From Acidobacteriota bacterium (GTDB lineage Bacteria > Acidobacteriota > Vicinamibacteria > Vicinamibacterales > CAVVIG01), in the NCBI GenBank assembly GCA_017883165.1, contig JADGOC010000003.1, positions 1 through 62,007 on the forward strand: 62,007 nt of DNA, in the 5' to 3' direction. The number at the start of each line of letters is the position of its first letter. Positions within the stretch are counted from its first letter, which is position 1. Positions 30,515 to 40,216 of the stretch are shown here, one piece after another. The translations under genes and the position numbers were made by a program. The notes under the pieces were generated by a model. That model did not search any database. It was not told the origin of the DNA and saw nothing but the letters and a program-made list of their open reading frames with translations.

Positions 30515-31543
30515 GTGCCGGGATCGTGTCGCCGCCTTCTCGCGCTGGGGATCATCGTCGGCCTTACGATACTCTCCGTGGGGTGCGGCGGCAGCGCGAG
30601 CACGTCGGTTGTGGCCGCGTCGTCGGGGACCACCAACAGAGTCGCCGTGTCGGGCACCGTGACCGATCGCATCAGCGGCGGGCCGATCGACGGCTCGACC
30701 ATCACGTTCAGAAATTCTCTCGAGACGAGAAGCGCCACCGTTGTCGCCGGCTCCTACACCATCGATGTCGCGTCGGGCTTCAACTATGACGTGCACGTGT
30801 CAGGGCCTGCGAACGTCACCCATGAGACGCAGATGCTCAACGTTACCGGCGCTGGGGAGTTTCCGTTCTCAGTCCTCAAGTGGGGATCGGGTGCCTTTGG
30901 TGCGACCAACGACGACACCTTCCAGAAGTTCTTCCACCAATTGGCGCGTGTGGGCCCGAGCAGCGATCCGATCGCTCTCAGGAAATGGGTAATCCCTCCG
31001 ACGCAACTCTACGTGGTCGAAGGCACCGTGCCGCCCGAGCAGTTGGCGGCCGTGTTGGCCGTGCTCGGCGAGATCAATGCCGAGAGCGTGTCAGACTTGT
31101 GGTGTCGCACTGTGGCGCCGCTGAACATCGTGACCGGGCCCGACATCAACGCGAGTCCCGACGGTGTCATCATCGTCCGGCCCAACCGGGACACCGGTTC
31201 TTCAGGTACGATTGGGCCGACGAGCATCAGGACCGGGACCGTCACGTGCAACATGTTCCGCTCCGGCGACAATCGGCTCCAGACCCACCAGGAGTTGAAA
31301 GGCATACTGCTGCATGAACTGTTTCACGTGGCCTTCGCCTACCACGTGTGCGGCGGCGACCTTGGTGCCAATCCATTTGGTTTCAGCTCCACGAATTGCC
31401 CGTACCCCGATAGCCTGATGGCCAACCTCGGCGATCTTCCCGTGACGCTCTCGCCCCAAGACAAGCTCGCCAGCTGCATCGTCTACCACCCGGACACGCA
31501 TCCGGGGAACCTTTACCAAGACGTCAATCCCACATATCGATAG
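30515..31543 (+). CDS. Putative lipoprotein zinc metallopeptidase
   Basis: Lipobox SVGC, VSGTVTD..PIDG domain, HELFHVAFAYH, Met-turn SLM. Confidence 0.75.
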   Translation: MPGSCRRLLALGIIVGLTILSVGCGGSASTSVVAASSGTTNRVAVSGTVTDRISGGPIDGSTITFRNSLETRSATVVAGSYTIDVASGFNYDVHVSGPANVTHETQMLNVTGAGEFPFSVLKWGSGAFGATNDDTFQKFFHQLARVGPSSDPIALRKWVIPPTQLYVVEGTVPPEQLAAVLAVLGEINAESVSDLWCRTVAPLNIVTGPDINASPDGVIIVRPNRDTGSSGTIGPTSIRTGTVTCNMFRSGDNRLQTHQELKGILLHELFHVAFAYHVCGGDLGANPFGFSSTNCPYPDSLMANLGDLPVTLSPQDKLASCIVYHPDTHPGNLYQDVNPTYR

Positions 31544-32516
31544 CCGCGCGTCTTCGCGCCGACACGATCGTTACGGCGCCGTCCAGTTCTGGATACCGCG
31601 CCACGAACTCCGGCGGGTACTCACCTTCGAGTGGCTCGCCGAGCTGCTTCTTGATCATCGCGGCGTTGGCGACCGACTTCGCCGAAAAGTGGTTGTTCGT
31701 GTACAGGTACACCTTCTTCACCAGCTGCCGCGCGGCGTCCGCGATTTCTGAGAATTCCTTGAGCTCTTCGCCCGAGTAGAGATAGTCGTAGCGGTCCTCC
31801 GCCTTCTCGTGACGCCACCACTTCTCGACGTTCCGTCCGTGCAGGCGCATGTAATAAAAGCCCTTCACATTCGGCAGATAGTTCTGCCGGATCGAGAACG
31901 TGAATTTCGGCTCGTCGATTTGCACCCAGGCAGCGCCGAACGTGTTCAGGAGCGCGAGCGTGTCGCGGATCGCGTCGCTCCAGCTGCGATGACGCAGTTC
32001 CACGGCGACCGGGTACGCGGCGAACGCGTGCAGCAGGTCCGAGAGGTAGTCGCGCGATGCGGGTGTGTCCTTGAAGCTGGGCGGAAACTGCGCGAGCAGC
32101 GCGCCCATCTTGCCGGCGGAGGCGAGCGGCTCGATGCCGGCGCGGAACGCGTCGAGGTCCGCCTGGTTGGGCCGCGCGAGCGCATCGAGCAGCGGATCGT
32201 CGGATGCGGCATCGCCAGGCAGCCGGCGCGTCAGCGTCTCCTTGAACATCCGCGGGTGCGTGAACTTCTGATAGAGCTTCACCGAGAATTCGAAGCCGGC
32301 CGGCGTGCGGTCCGCCCACGCGCGGCAGATCTCGGCGCGCGGCTGGCCGTAGAACGTCGAGTTCACTTCGACGGTGTCGAAATGCTCGGCGTAGAACGAC
32401 AGCTCGTCGAAGCTTTTCGCGCGCCCGCGAGCCGGCGGATAGAACACGCCGTTCCACGTGCCGCGGCCGGACGGATAGTTCCAGCCCGACGTGCCGATGC
32501 GAAGGTTGGAGGCCAC
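31524..32516 (-). CDS. DUF72 domain-containing protein
   Basis: IGTSGWNY, TVEVNSTFY, QFPPSF, VELRHRSW, YMRLHGRN, YDYLYS, YTNNH. Confidence 0.93.
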   Translation of the reverse strand: MASNLRIGTSGWNYPSGRGTWNGVFYPPARGRAKSFDELSFYAEHFDTVEVNSTFYGQPRAEICRAWADRTPAGFEFSVKLYQKFTHPRMFKETLTRRLPGDAASDDPLLDALARPNQADLDAFRAGIEPLASAGKMGALLAQFPPSFKDTPASRDYLSDLLHAFAAYPVAVELRHRSWSDAIRDTLALLNTFGAAWVQIDEPKFTFSIRQNYLPNVKGFYYMRLHGRNVEKWWRHEKAEDRYDYLYSGEELKEFSEIADAARQLVKKVYLYTNNHFSAKSVANAAMIKKQLGEPLEGEYPPEFVARYPELDGAVTIVSARRRAAIDMWD

Positions 32517-32518
32517 GC

Positions 32519-32863
32519 TTACGTGCCTTTTCCGAGCTCCTCGTACGCCGCTTTGTCGAAGCCGAAAATCACCTTCGCGCCCTGAATCAGAATCGGCCGC
32601 CTGATCAGGTTCGGATTCTCCATCATCATCGCGATCGCTTCCTTCTTCGACTTCGGCAGCGGCCGTTCCTTGAACACCGGGCTGCGGGTGCTCACGAAGT
32701 CGAGAAAGTTCGCGGCATCGATGTGCTTCTCGAGAAACTCACGCGTCGGCGGCTCGCGGTTGATGTCGATCTGGTGAACCTCGACGTCTGCTGTATCCAG
32801 AAAACTTCTGGCATTCTTGCAGGTCGTTCAAGTGGGTTTGGTATAGAAGGTCGGTTTCGCCAT
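32519..32863 (-). CDS. ArsC/Spx-family thioredoxin-fold selenoprotein (UxxC), 114 aa
   Basis: Manual translation MAKPTFYTKPT-U(TGA 32830-32828)-TTCKNARSFL...NPNLIRRPILI..VIFGF. The TGA falls at the first Cys of the family CxxC motif. Confidence 0.85.
32788..32827 (-). promoter_or_regulatory. Putative bacterial SECIS element
   Basis: After the UGA: CUGC...CCAGAA-GUU-UUCUGG...GCAG. The apical loop starts with G, 22 nt after the UGA. Confidence 0.7.
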
Positions 32864-32888
32864 CCGCATAGGATAATAGAAACGACCG

Positions 32889-33530
32889 ATGCTCACCATC
32901 AACGAGATCTTCTACTCGATTCAGGGCGAATCGACCCGCGCCGGCCGCCCCTGCGTCTTCGTCCGCCTGAGCGCCTGCGACCTGCGCTGTTCGTGGTGCG
33001 ACACCCCTTACGCATTCCACGAGGGCACCAAGCGATCGGTCGACGAGGTGGTGGCCGAGGTCGAGGGCCATGGCTGTCCGCTCGTCGAAATCACCGGCGG
33101 TGAGCCGCTCCTCCAGGAGGACGTCTATCCGTTGATGGACCGGCTGCTCGCGCGCGGCCTCACGGTGATGCTCGAAACAGGCGGCCATCGTCCGGTCACC
33201 CGCGTCCCGCCGGCTGTCGTCAAGATCGTCGACGTGAAGTGTCCCGGGAGCGGCGAAGCCGACAAGAACGACTGGGCCAACCTCGAGCGCCTGTCGCCGC
33301 ACGACGAGTTGAAGTTCGTCGTCCAGGACCGCGCCGATTACGAGTTCGCGCGCGAGCTGATCAGCCGCCACGCGCTGGCGTCGCGCTGCGCCGCGATCCT
33401 GATCTCGCCCGTGCACGGCGTGCTCGATCCCAAGACACTGTCGGACTGGATGCTGGCGGATCATCTGCCCGCGCGGCTGCAGCTGCAGATGCACAAGTAC
33501 ATCTGGTCGCCGACCACAAGGGGCGTCTGA
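32889..33530 (+). CDS. queE: 7-carboxy-7-deazaguanine synthase QueE (radical SAM)
   Basis: EIFYSIQGE, CDLRCSWCDT, ITGGEPL, QMHKYIW. Adjacent to queC. Confidence 0.94.
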   Translation: MLTINEIFYSIQGESTRAGRPCVFVRLSACDLRCSWCDTPYAFHEGTKRSVDEVVAEVEGHGCPLVEITGGEPLLQEDVYPLMDRLLARGLTVMLETGGHRPVTRVPPAVVKIVDVKCPGSGEADKNDWANLERLSPHDELKFVVQDRADYEFARELISRHALASRCAAILISPVHGVLDPKTLSDWMLADHLPARLQLQMHKYIWSPTTRGV

Positions 33531-33533
33531 GAA

Positions 33534-34223
33534 GTGCGAGCGATAGTCCTGTTGAGCGGCGGGCTGGATTCGTACACGGCCGCGGCGATCGCCAAGGCGG
33601 ACGACCCGGGCGGCCTCGACCTGTACGCGCTGACCATCAGCTACGGCCAGCGCCACGCGCAGGAACTCGAGGCGGCGCGCCGTGTCGCGTGCGCGCTCGG
33701 CATATCGCGTCATCTCGAGTTGGCGATCGATCTGCGCGCCATTGGCGGATCGTCGCTGACGTCAAATGCCCCTGGCGTTGATGTCCCGCGCGATCGCGAT
33801 GTAGCGTCGGCGTCCGACATTCCATCGACCTACGTACCGGCGCGAAACACGATCTTCCTGTCGCTGGCGCTCGGGTGGGCGGAGGTCGTCGGCGCGGGCG
33901 ACATCGTGATCGGCGTCAACGCGCTCGATTATTCCGGCTATCCCGACTGCCGTCCTGAGTTCATCCGGGCGTTCGAAGCGCTGGCGGCGCTCGCCACGCG
34001 CGCCGGCGTCGAGGGCGCACGGATCCGCGTGCGCACGCCGCTCATCGCGCTCTCGAAAGCCGACATCATCCGGCGCGGGCTGGCGCTCGGCCTCGACTAC
34101 GGTCTCACTCACAGCTGTTACGATCCCGGCGCGTCTGGCGCGCCGTGCGGACGCTGCGACAGTTGCCTGCTGCGGGCAAAAGGCTTCGCCGAAGCCGGGG
34201 CCGTCGATCCGCTTCTGCGCTAG
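33534..34223 (+). CDS. queC: 7-cyano-7-deazaguanine synthase QueC
   Basis: [36 protein letters not shown]. Confidence 0.97.
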   Translation: MRAIVLLSGGLDSYTAAAIAKADDPGGLDLYALTISYGQRHAQELEAARRVACALGISRHLELAIDLRAIGGSSLTSNAPGVDVPRDRDVASASDIPSTYVPARNTIFLSLALGWAEVVGAGDIVIGVNALDYSGYPDCRPEFIRAFEALAALATRAGVEGARIRVRTPLIALSKADIIRRGLALGLDYGLTHSCYDPGASGAPCGRCDSCLLRAKGFAEAGAVDPLLR

Positions 34224-34236
34224 AATCGGCGCATCC

Positions 34237-36129
34237 TTGCGGATTCTCAATACCCAACCCATTCGCCGCCAGGTCATCGTTGCCGCCACGATCCTGCTGC
34301 TGCCGCTCGCCATGGCGGTCATCTGGTCCGCCAATCTGACGGTCCACGAGCGCGAGACGGAGCTGAGGCAACAGGCGACGTCGATCGCGGCCACCTCGGC
34401 CGACTACCTGAATCAATACCTCGACGGTCTGGATTCGCTCGCCTCGGCGCTGGCCAGGCATCCTGATGTCCGCGCGCTGCACGAGCCCCAGGCCAGCCGC
34501 CTCTTCGCCGACATGCTCAAGGAGCAGCCGCTGCTGCTCAATGTGCTCTTGACGGCGCCTGACGGCTCCGTCCACGGATCGGCGCTCCCGCTGACCGCGA
34601 AGGCGCGCGAACCGATCCGCTTGCCGTATCTGTCGCAAGTCCTCGCGACCAGCCGGCCCGTCGTCAGCGATCTCACGGTCGGGCGGGCCACCGGCAAGCC
34701 AGCGATCGTCCTCGGCTACCCGGTGTTCGACGATGAGCACAAGGTGGTCGCGGTGCTCGGGATGGGTGTGAATCTCGCGCGTCTGCAGATGGTCTTCGCC
34801 AGCATTCCGCTCCCGCCCGGATCCGTCGTCACGCTGACGGATCGAGTGAGCCGTATCCTGGCGCGCAGCCTCGAGCCCGAGCGATACATCGGCACCACGA
34901 TTGCCAAGAAACCGTCCGATCCGAAGGACGCGCCGTCGACGATCATGAGCGCCGGCATCGACGGCGTCGAGCGCTTCTACGGAAACGCCGCCATCGACCG
35001 CGGCCCCTGGCTGTTGAGTGTCGGCATTCCGCAGAGCGTCGCCGTCACGCGCGTGCGCCCGCTCTGGCAGCGCAATCTGACGATCCTCTCGACGGTGCTC
35101 GTCGGCACTTTTCTCATTTTGATCTGGTTCGCCGATGGCCTGGCGCGCCAGCTCAATCGGCTCCAGCTGGCGGCGCAGCGCATTGCGAGCGGCGATCTCA
35201 CGCCGCCCGCGCGCGGGCCGGTGTCCAATCGCGAGGTCGGGCAGCTGCAGAACGCCTTCATCACGATGGCCGCCAACCTGCGCGACACGCGGGACGCGCT
35301 CGACCGGCAGGTGGAACAGGAACGCAAGATGCGCGAGATGCTGCAGTCGCTCCAGCGGCAGGTCGTCCGGCAGGAGCGGCTCACGGCCGTGGGCCTGCTG
35401 GTCTCGGGCGTCGCGCACGAGCTGAATAATCCCTTGCAGGCGATTCTCGGCACACTGGAGCTGCTCGAGAGAAATCCAGGACTCACGCCTGACGCGCTCG
35501 AGGAAATCGGTTTCATCAAGACGCAAAGCGGCCGCGCCCGCGAGATCATTCGCAACCTCTCACGCTTCAGCAGCCAGCAGTCCGGTCCGCCCGCGCTCGT
35601 GGATCTGCGCGACGTCATCGACGAGATCGTCCAGCTTCGCCGGCGCAGTCTCGAGACCGCCGCGATTACGCTGGACACCGATTGCACGTCGGCACGGCCC
35701 GTGTACGCGAACTTCACGGAGCTCGAACAGGTCATTCTGAATTTCGTCATCAACGCGCATCAGTCGATCGAAGCCTCCGAGCGCGGGAAGGGCCGGATCC
35801 TGATTCGTCTGTTCGATACCGGCAAGAAGGTCCGCGTCGAAGTGCAGGACGATGGGCCGGGCGTGGACCTGCAGGACGAGCCGAAGCTGTTTCAGCCGTT
35901 CTTCACCACGAAGCCGGTGGGCAAAGGGACGGGGCTCGGCTTGTCGGTCAGCTACGGCATCATCGATTCGTATGGAGGCGCCATCGGCTATTCCGGAAAC
36001 GCGTGGGGCGGCGCCACCTTCTTTTTCGAGCTGCCCGCCGCGTCCGCCGGCACGCCTTCGGAGACCGGCTCGTCAGACGCGGGAGACCATGACCGACCGC
36101 CTGTATTACACCGATCCACACGGCCGTGA
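34237..36129 (+). CDS. Sensor histidine kinase (Cache-like periplasmic domain, HAMP, HisKA, HATPase)
   Basis: Two TM helices, GVAHELNNPL, NFVINA, DDGPG, FQPFFTTK, GTGLGL. Confidence 0.93.
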   Translation: MRILNTQPIRRQVIVAATILLLPLAMAVIWSANLTVHERETELRQQATSIAATSADYLNQYLDGLDSLASALARHPDVRALHEPQASRLFADMLKEQPLLLNVLLTAPDGSVHGSALPLTAKAREPIRLPYLSQVLATSRPVVSDLTVGRATGKPAIVLGYPVFDDEHKVVAVLGMGVNLARLQMVFASIPLPPGSVVTLTDRVSRILARSLEPERYIGTTIAKKPSDPKDAPSTIMSAGIDGVERFYGNAAIDRGPWLLSVGIPQSVAVTRVRPLWQRNLTILSTVLVGTFLILIWFADGLARQLNRLQLAAQRIASGDLTPPARGPVSNREVGQLQNAFITMAANLRDTRDALDRQVEQERKMREMLQSLQRQVVRQERLTAVGLLVSGVAHELNNPLQAILGTLELLERNPGLTPDALEEIGFIKTQSGRAREIIRNLSRFSSQQSGPPALVDLRDVIDEIVQLRRRSLETAAITLDTDCTSARPVYANFTELEQVILNFVINAHQSIEASERGKGRILIRLFDTGKKVRVEVQDDGPGVDLQDEPKLFQPFFTTKPVGKGTGLGLSVSYGIIDSYGGAIGYSGNAWGGATFFFELPAASAGTPSETGSSDAGDHDRPPVLHRSTRP

Positions 36130-37336
36130 GTTTGATGCCGTAGTCGCTCGCGTTGAGCGCCGCGACGGCCGCACGGTCGTCATGCTCGATCGCACGAGCT
36201 TCTATCCCACCTCCGGCGGGCAGCCGTTCGACGTCGGCACGCTCGGCGGCGTACGCGTGATTGACGTCGTCGACGACGAGGAGGGAGAGGTGCTCCATGT
36301 CGTCGAAGACAGCGTAGGGGCCGACCTTGGTCGGCCCGACGCGCAGCCCCTGCAGGTGGGCCAACGCGTTCACGGCGTGATCGCCTGGCCGCGCCGCTTC
36401 GATCACATGCAGCAGCATACCGGGCAGCACGTGCTGTCGGCCGCGTTCGATCGGCTATTCGGCGCGCGCACGGTGAGCTTTCATCTCGGCGCCGATGTCT
36501 CGACGATCGACCTCGCGCGCGAGCTGAAGGCCGCGGACATCACCGCTGCCGAAGCCGAAGCGAACCGCATCGTCTGGGAAGACCGGCCGGTGACGATCCG
36601 GTTTGCGGATGCGAAGGAAGCCGAGAGTCTGAAGCTGCGCAAGCCGTCGGCGCGCGAAGGCACGCTGCGGCTGATCGAGGTGGACGCCTTCGACTTGTCC
36701 GCGTGCGGCGGGACGCACGTCGCGCGCACCGGCGCAATTGGCATCATCGCGATCGCGTCGTGGGAGCGATTCAAGGGCGGCCAGCGTCTCGAGTTTCTCT
36801 GCGGAGGGCGTGCGCTGGCGAGGTTCCGCTCGCAGCGGGACACGCTCTCAGCGGCTATGGGACTGCTGTCGGTGTCGGCCACTGATGTGCCCGCGGCGAT
36901 CGAACGGCTGCTGGCCGACGCCAAGGGTCAGAAGCGCGCGGGCACGGCGCTGCAGATGGAGCTGGCGCGCTACCGCGCGGCCGAGTTCGCCGCGTCCGCG
37001 GAATCCACCGCTGGCGGTCGTCTAGTGGCGCGCGCGATCGACGCGGACGCCGGCGGTCTGAAATCACTTGCCTCAGCGATCGCGGCGACGCCCGCGTCGC
37101 CCGGCTACATCGTGGTGCTCGTCTCGACGTCCACGCCCGCGCTCGTCGTCGTCGCGCGGTCGGCGGACGTCAACGTTCAGGCGAATCAGGTGCTGGCGGC
37201 GCTCACGTCACGCTTTGGCGGCCGCGGGGGAGGGAAGCCCGATCTCGCGCAGGGCGGAGGGTTGAGCGGATCGCCGCAGGAGATCCTCGACGCGGCGCGC
37301 GCGGCGTTGCTGGCGTCGTTGGGTCCTGCGCTTTAG
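36089..37336 (+). CDS. AlaX-type alanyl-tRNA editing protein with DHHA1 domain
   Basis: FYPTSGGQP, HMQQHTGQH, ACGGTHV, C-terminal GRGGG..AQGG. Confidence 0.92.
   Translation: MTDRLYYTDPHGREFDAVVARVERRDGRTVVMLDRTSFYPTSGGQPFDVGTLGGVRVIDVVDDEEGEVLHVVEDSVGADLGRPDAQPLQVGQRVHGVIAWPRRFDHMQQHTGQHVLSAAFDRLFGARTVSFHLGADVSTIDLARELKAADITAAEAEANRIVWEDRPVTIRFADAKEAESLKLRKPSAREGTLRLIEVDAFDLSACGGTHVARTGAIGIIAIASWERFKGGQRLEFLCGGRALARFRSQRDTLSAAMGLLSVSATDVPAAIERLLADAKGQKRAGTALQMELARYRAAEFAASAESTAGGRLVARAIDADAGGLKSLASAIAATPASPGYIVVLVSTSTPALVVVARSADVNVQANQVLAALTSRFGGRGGGKPDLAQGGGLSGSPQEILDAARAALLASLGPAL
36314..36337 (+). repeat. GTAG-type REP-like palindrome inside the AlaX CDS
   Basis: GTAG-GGGCCGACC-TT-GGTCGGCCC. 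Confidence 0.7.
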
Positions 37337-38877
37337 TGGCGCCGGAACTGCGCCAGGCGAACGACGATGTGGTCCGACTCCTGCTCGATGACGCTCGCGG
37401 GTGTCTCGAAGTTGTTCGCAATGATCGAGAACACGAGACGCTCGCCGTCCGCTGTCGTCACGAAGCCCGAGAGAGACCGCCCGTTTGAGATCGAGCCTGT
37501 CTTCGCATGCGCGTTGCCCTCGGCGACGGTCCCCACCATCCGCCTGGAAAGCGTGCCGTCTCGCCCCGCAATCGGCAGTGCTGACTCGAACGGTCCGCGC
37601 AGCTGATCGTCGCGGTCGACGTGGGTGAGGATCGTCACCAGCGTTTGCGGCGTGACGTAGTTGTAGCGCGACAACCCCGACCCGTCGCGCATGATGAGGC
37701 CGCCGTCCTCGACGCCCCAGGCCTTCATCGTCTCCCGCACGGCAGTCAGGCCGTCGCTCGACGTGCCCACGCCGTCATTCATTCCAGGAGAGCTCAGCGT
37801 CTTCAGGAACGTCTCCGCGTACAGATTCTGGCTCACCTTCATCAGCGTCGTCGCCAGCATCGACAGCGGCGGCGACTGATGAGACAGCAGAACGGAGGCG
37901 CCGTCGCGCGACGGCCGGTCGGTGACGTCATCGATGTCGTCGATGTCGACCGGGGGGCCGTCGACGCCGATGCCGTGCGCAATGAGCGTGTTGCGCAGCA
38001 CGGTTACGAAGAACTGCGTCGGGTTGTCCACCGACAACGTGTGCGCGCTCGGCACCGACTCGAGCGGCACCGAGCCGCGCAGCTCGAGCTGTGAGCTGCC
38101 GGGCAGACGGCGTGGGGTGATCGACAGCGCAGTGCCCGCTGCGGTCGTCGTGAGCTCGTTGCGAATCACGAGGCCGCTGCCGGGTGGCTCGACGCTGACG
38201 ATCGCCCAGTCGCCGAGAGCCAGGCCCGGGGCGATCGTGGCGCGGATCGCATTCTCGTTGAACTGCAGCGCGCCGACGCCGGCCGCGTAGCCTTCGCTCA
38301 AGTCGTCCCACGTCCAGCCGGCGCCAAGCGTCTCGTCCTCGAACCGATCGTCGTCGCCGATGATCCGGCCCTCGATGCGGCGCAGGCCGATCGCCTTCAG
38401 GTTCTCGGCCCAGGCGTCGAAGACATGCGCCGGTGGACCGTCGCGGCCGCCGATGCTCGGATCGCCCGAGCCGACCACGATGAGATCGCCGTGGAGCACA
38501 CCGCCCTGAATGGGCCCGTCGGCGACGAGCCGCGTATCGTAGTGGAAATCCCATCCCAGACGCGCAGCGGCCGCCGCGAGCGTGACGATCTTCATGTTCG
38601 ACGCCGCCATCAGCAGCGTGCGCGCGTGGAGGCTGTAGAGCGTTTCTTCTTCGTCAGTGCTCGCGAGCGATTTGACGAACACGCCCCAGACGCTGTGTTC
38701 GAGCGCGGGCGCGGCGAGGATCGCGTCGATGTCGTGTTGGAGCTGCTGGACCGCCGAGAGGCGGGGCGTCGCGACGGGCCGAGGTGTCGGGTGGCAGGCG
38801 GAGACGAAGAGGGCGACGACAAGAGCGGAGCAAGCAGCAAGGGCCGAGCGAGCTCGGCCCCTACTTCGAAATCTCAT
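37333..38877 (-). CDS. dacB: D-Ala-D-Ala carboxypeptidase/endopeptidase (PBP4, peptidase S13)
   Basis: ASNMK (SxxK), SQN (SxN), DGSGLSR, AKTGS (KTG). Lipobox VSAC. Confidence 0.94.
   Translation of the reverse strand: MRFRSRGRARSALAACSALVVALFVSACHPTPRPVATPRLSAVQQLQHDIDAILAAPALEHSVWGVFVKSLASTDEEETLYSLHARTLLMAASNMKIVTLAAAAARLGWDFHYDTRLVADGPIQGGVLHGDLIVVGSGDPSIGGRDGPPAHVFDAWAENLKAIGLRRIEGRIIGDDDRFEDETLGAGWTWDDLSEGYAAGVGALQFNENAIRATIAPGLALGDWAIVSVEPPGSGLVIRNELTTTAAGTALSITPRRLPGSSQLELRGSVPLESVPSAHTLSVDNPTQFFVTVLRNTLIAHGIGVDGPPVDIDDIDDVTDRPSRDGASVLLSHQSPPLSMLATTLMKVSQNLYAETFLKTLSSPGMNDGVGTSSDGLTAVRETMKAWGVEDGGLIMRDGSGLSRYNYVTPQTLVTILTHVDRDDQLRGPFESALPIAGRDGTLSRRMVGTVAEGNAHAKTGSISNGRSLSGFVTTADGERLVFSIIANNFETPASVIEQESDHIVVRLAQFRRH
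38841..38864 (-). repeat. GTAG-type REP-like palindrome at the DUF4340/dacB junction
   Basis: Minus strand reads GTAG-GGGCCGAGC-TC-GCTCGGCCC. Confidence 0.7.
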
Positions 38878-40216
38878 CCAACGCCTTGACGACGTCGTCG
38901 AAATCGGCTGTGTCGATCTTCGCGGCGCCGGGCTCGTCCGGGCGCGATGCGAACGTGTCGGCGCCGGCCTTGCCGAAGCTGACGCGCTCTTCTTTCTTGC
39001 CGTCGTCGAACTTCACGAGCACCGTCAGCACGGGCGCATCGAGACCGGTCTTGGCGGCCGGCTCGCCAAACGCCGACGCGCGCAGGCCCGCCAGCTTCGC
39101 GAAGGCACCCTCGATCTTGTCCTTGTCGGCATCGGCCGCCTTCGGGCTCACGCGCCGCCATGTGTCGGGCGTCTTGCCGCCCTGGCCCTTCACCTTGTCG
39201 AACACGATCGTCTGGCCGTTGCGCGTGATCTCGAGATGGGTCGCGTTGAAGGCGCGGAACTCGAAGATGTCCTTCCGGCGGTACTCGTTGGCGCTCTTCT
39301 TCAGGTCGTCGGCAAACGCGCTTTCGACCGTCATCACCGCCGGCATCGACGCGTCGCGTACGTACACCGAGGTGTCGTCGCTCTTGCCGCCGATGAGGAG
39401 CGTGGCGCGGGCGCTGCCCAGGCTGACATTGACGCTCGCGTCAGGCTTGTCGAAGCCATACTTTTTCAGATCCGCCGCGCTCGCCTCGGCCGCGACAATC
39501 GATTTCATCTGGAGCGTCTGCAGGCGGGACACCAAGCCCTCGACCGTCCCGTAGTCGGCGCGCGCCTGAAGGGGCTTGGTGATCTTCCACTCGCCGCCCT
39601 CTTTGGCCATCTGCAGCGGCTTGCCGCCGGCGACGACCTCGATGCCGTCCACCTTCTCGCGGTCGAATCTGAGCAGCGTCTTGTCGCGCAGATCGAACGT
39701 CGCACGGTTGAACGTCGTTTCCTCAGCGGCCGAGATGAGGAAGACGCGCTTGTCATCGCCGCGCTTCGCGAAGAGGTCGGCGCCGGTCGGCGATTTCTCG
39801 CCGATGAGCAGATGGCGATAGTCCTTGTCGCCGGCCGCCTTGAACCCGACGTCGATACGTGGCTCCGCGAGGCCGTACTCCTTGAGATCCGACGCGTTGT
39901 CCTCGACGACGCGCGTGATGGTGGTCGATGCCAGGTTGCTCGTGATGCCCGACATGATGGCCTCGTCGGCGCGGGCCGCGACCGGAGCCGCCAGTTGCCA
40001 TTCGCCGGCGGTCTTCTTGAGCGTCGTCGTATCGCCCGACGCCGCCTTCACCCGGATCTCGTCAATCTTGTCGGCTTGGAGCGCCGCGAAGACCTTCTCT
40101 TGTTTCGTGTCGGTGCCGGTGTCCGCCGTCTTGTTCAACGGGACGAAATGGATGTACGCGATCAGACCGCCCATCACGAGAACAAGAGTCATTGTTGACC
40201 GCAAGCCGCGCATCAT
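38861..40216 (-). CDS. DUF4340-type protein
   Basis: N-terminal TM and three repeated units (W....P..ARAD, LKEYGL..P, DLRDK). Typical companion of Gld-like ABC systems. Confidence 0.82.
   Translation of the reverse strand: MMRGLRSTMTLVLVMGGLIAYIHFVPLNKTADTGTDTKQEKVFAALQADKIDEIRVKAASGDTTTLKKTAGEWQLAAPVAARADEAIMSGITSNLASTTITRVVEDNASDLKEYGLAEPRIDVGFKAAGDKDYRHLLIGEKSPTGADLFAKRGDDKRVFLISAAEETTFNRATFDLRDKTLLRFDREKVDGIEVVAGGKPLQMAKEGGEWKITKPLQARADYGTVEGLVSRLQTLQMKSIVAAEASAADLKKYGFDKPDASVNVSLGSARATLLIGGKSDDTSVYVRDASMPAVMTVESAFADDLKKSANEYRRKDIFEFRAFNATHLEITRNGQTIVFDKVKGQGGKTPDTWRRVSPKAADADKDKIEGAFAKLAGLRASAFGEPAAKTGLDAPVLTVLVKFDDGKKEERVSFGKAGADTFASRPDEPGAAKIDTADFDDVVKALDEISK

Noticed and set aside
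32864-32888. preQ1 riboswitch upstream of queE-queC
   Set aside because: Only about 25 bp separate the divergent genes, and no preQ1 aptamer or A-rich tail is visible.
32723-33103. ORF-track proteins covering the DUF72-queE gap
   Set aside because: The region is better explained by the minus-strand ArsC-like gene with an in-frame TGA and by queE.
32889-34223. queE/queC as part of a 7-deazaguanine DNA-modification (dpd) defence island
   Set aside because: No dpdA/tgt-like or other dpd genes are adjacent. With queA present, ordinary queuosine synthesis explains them.
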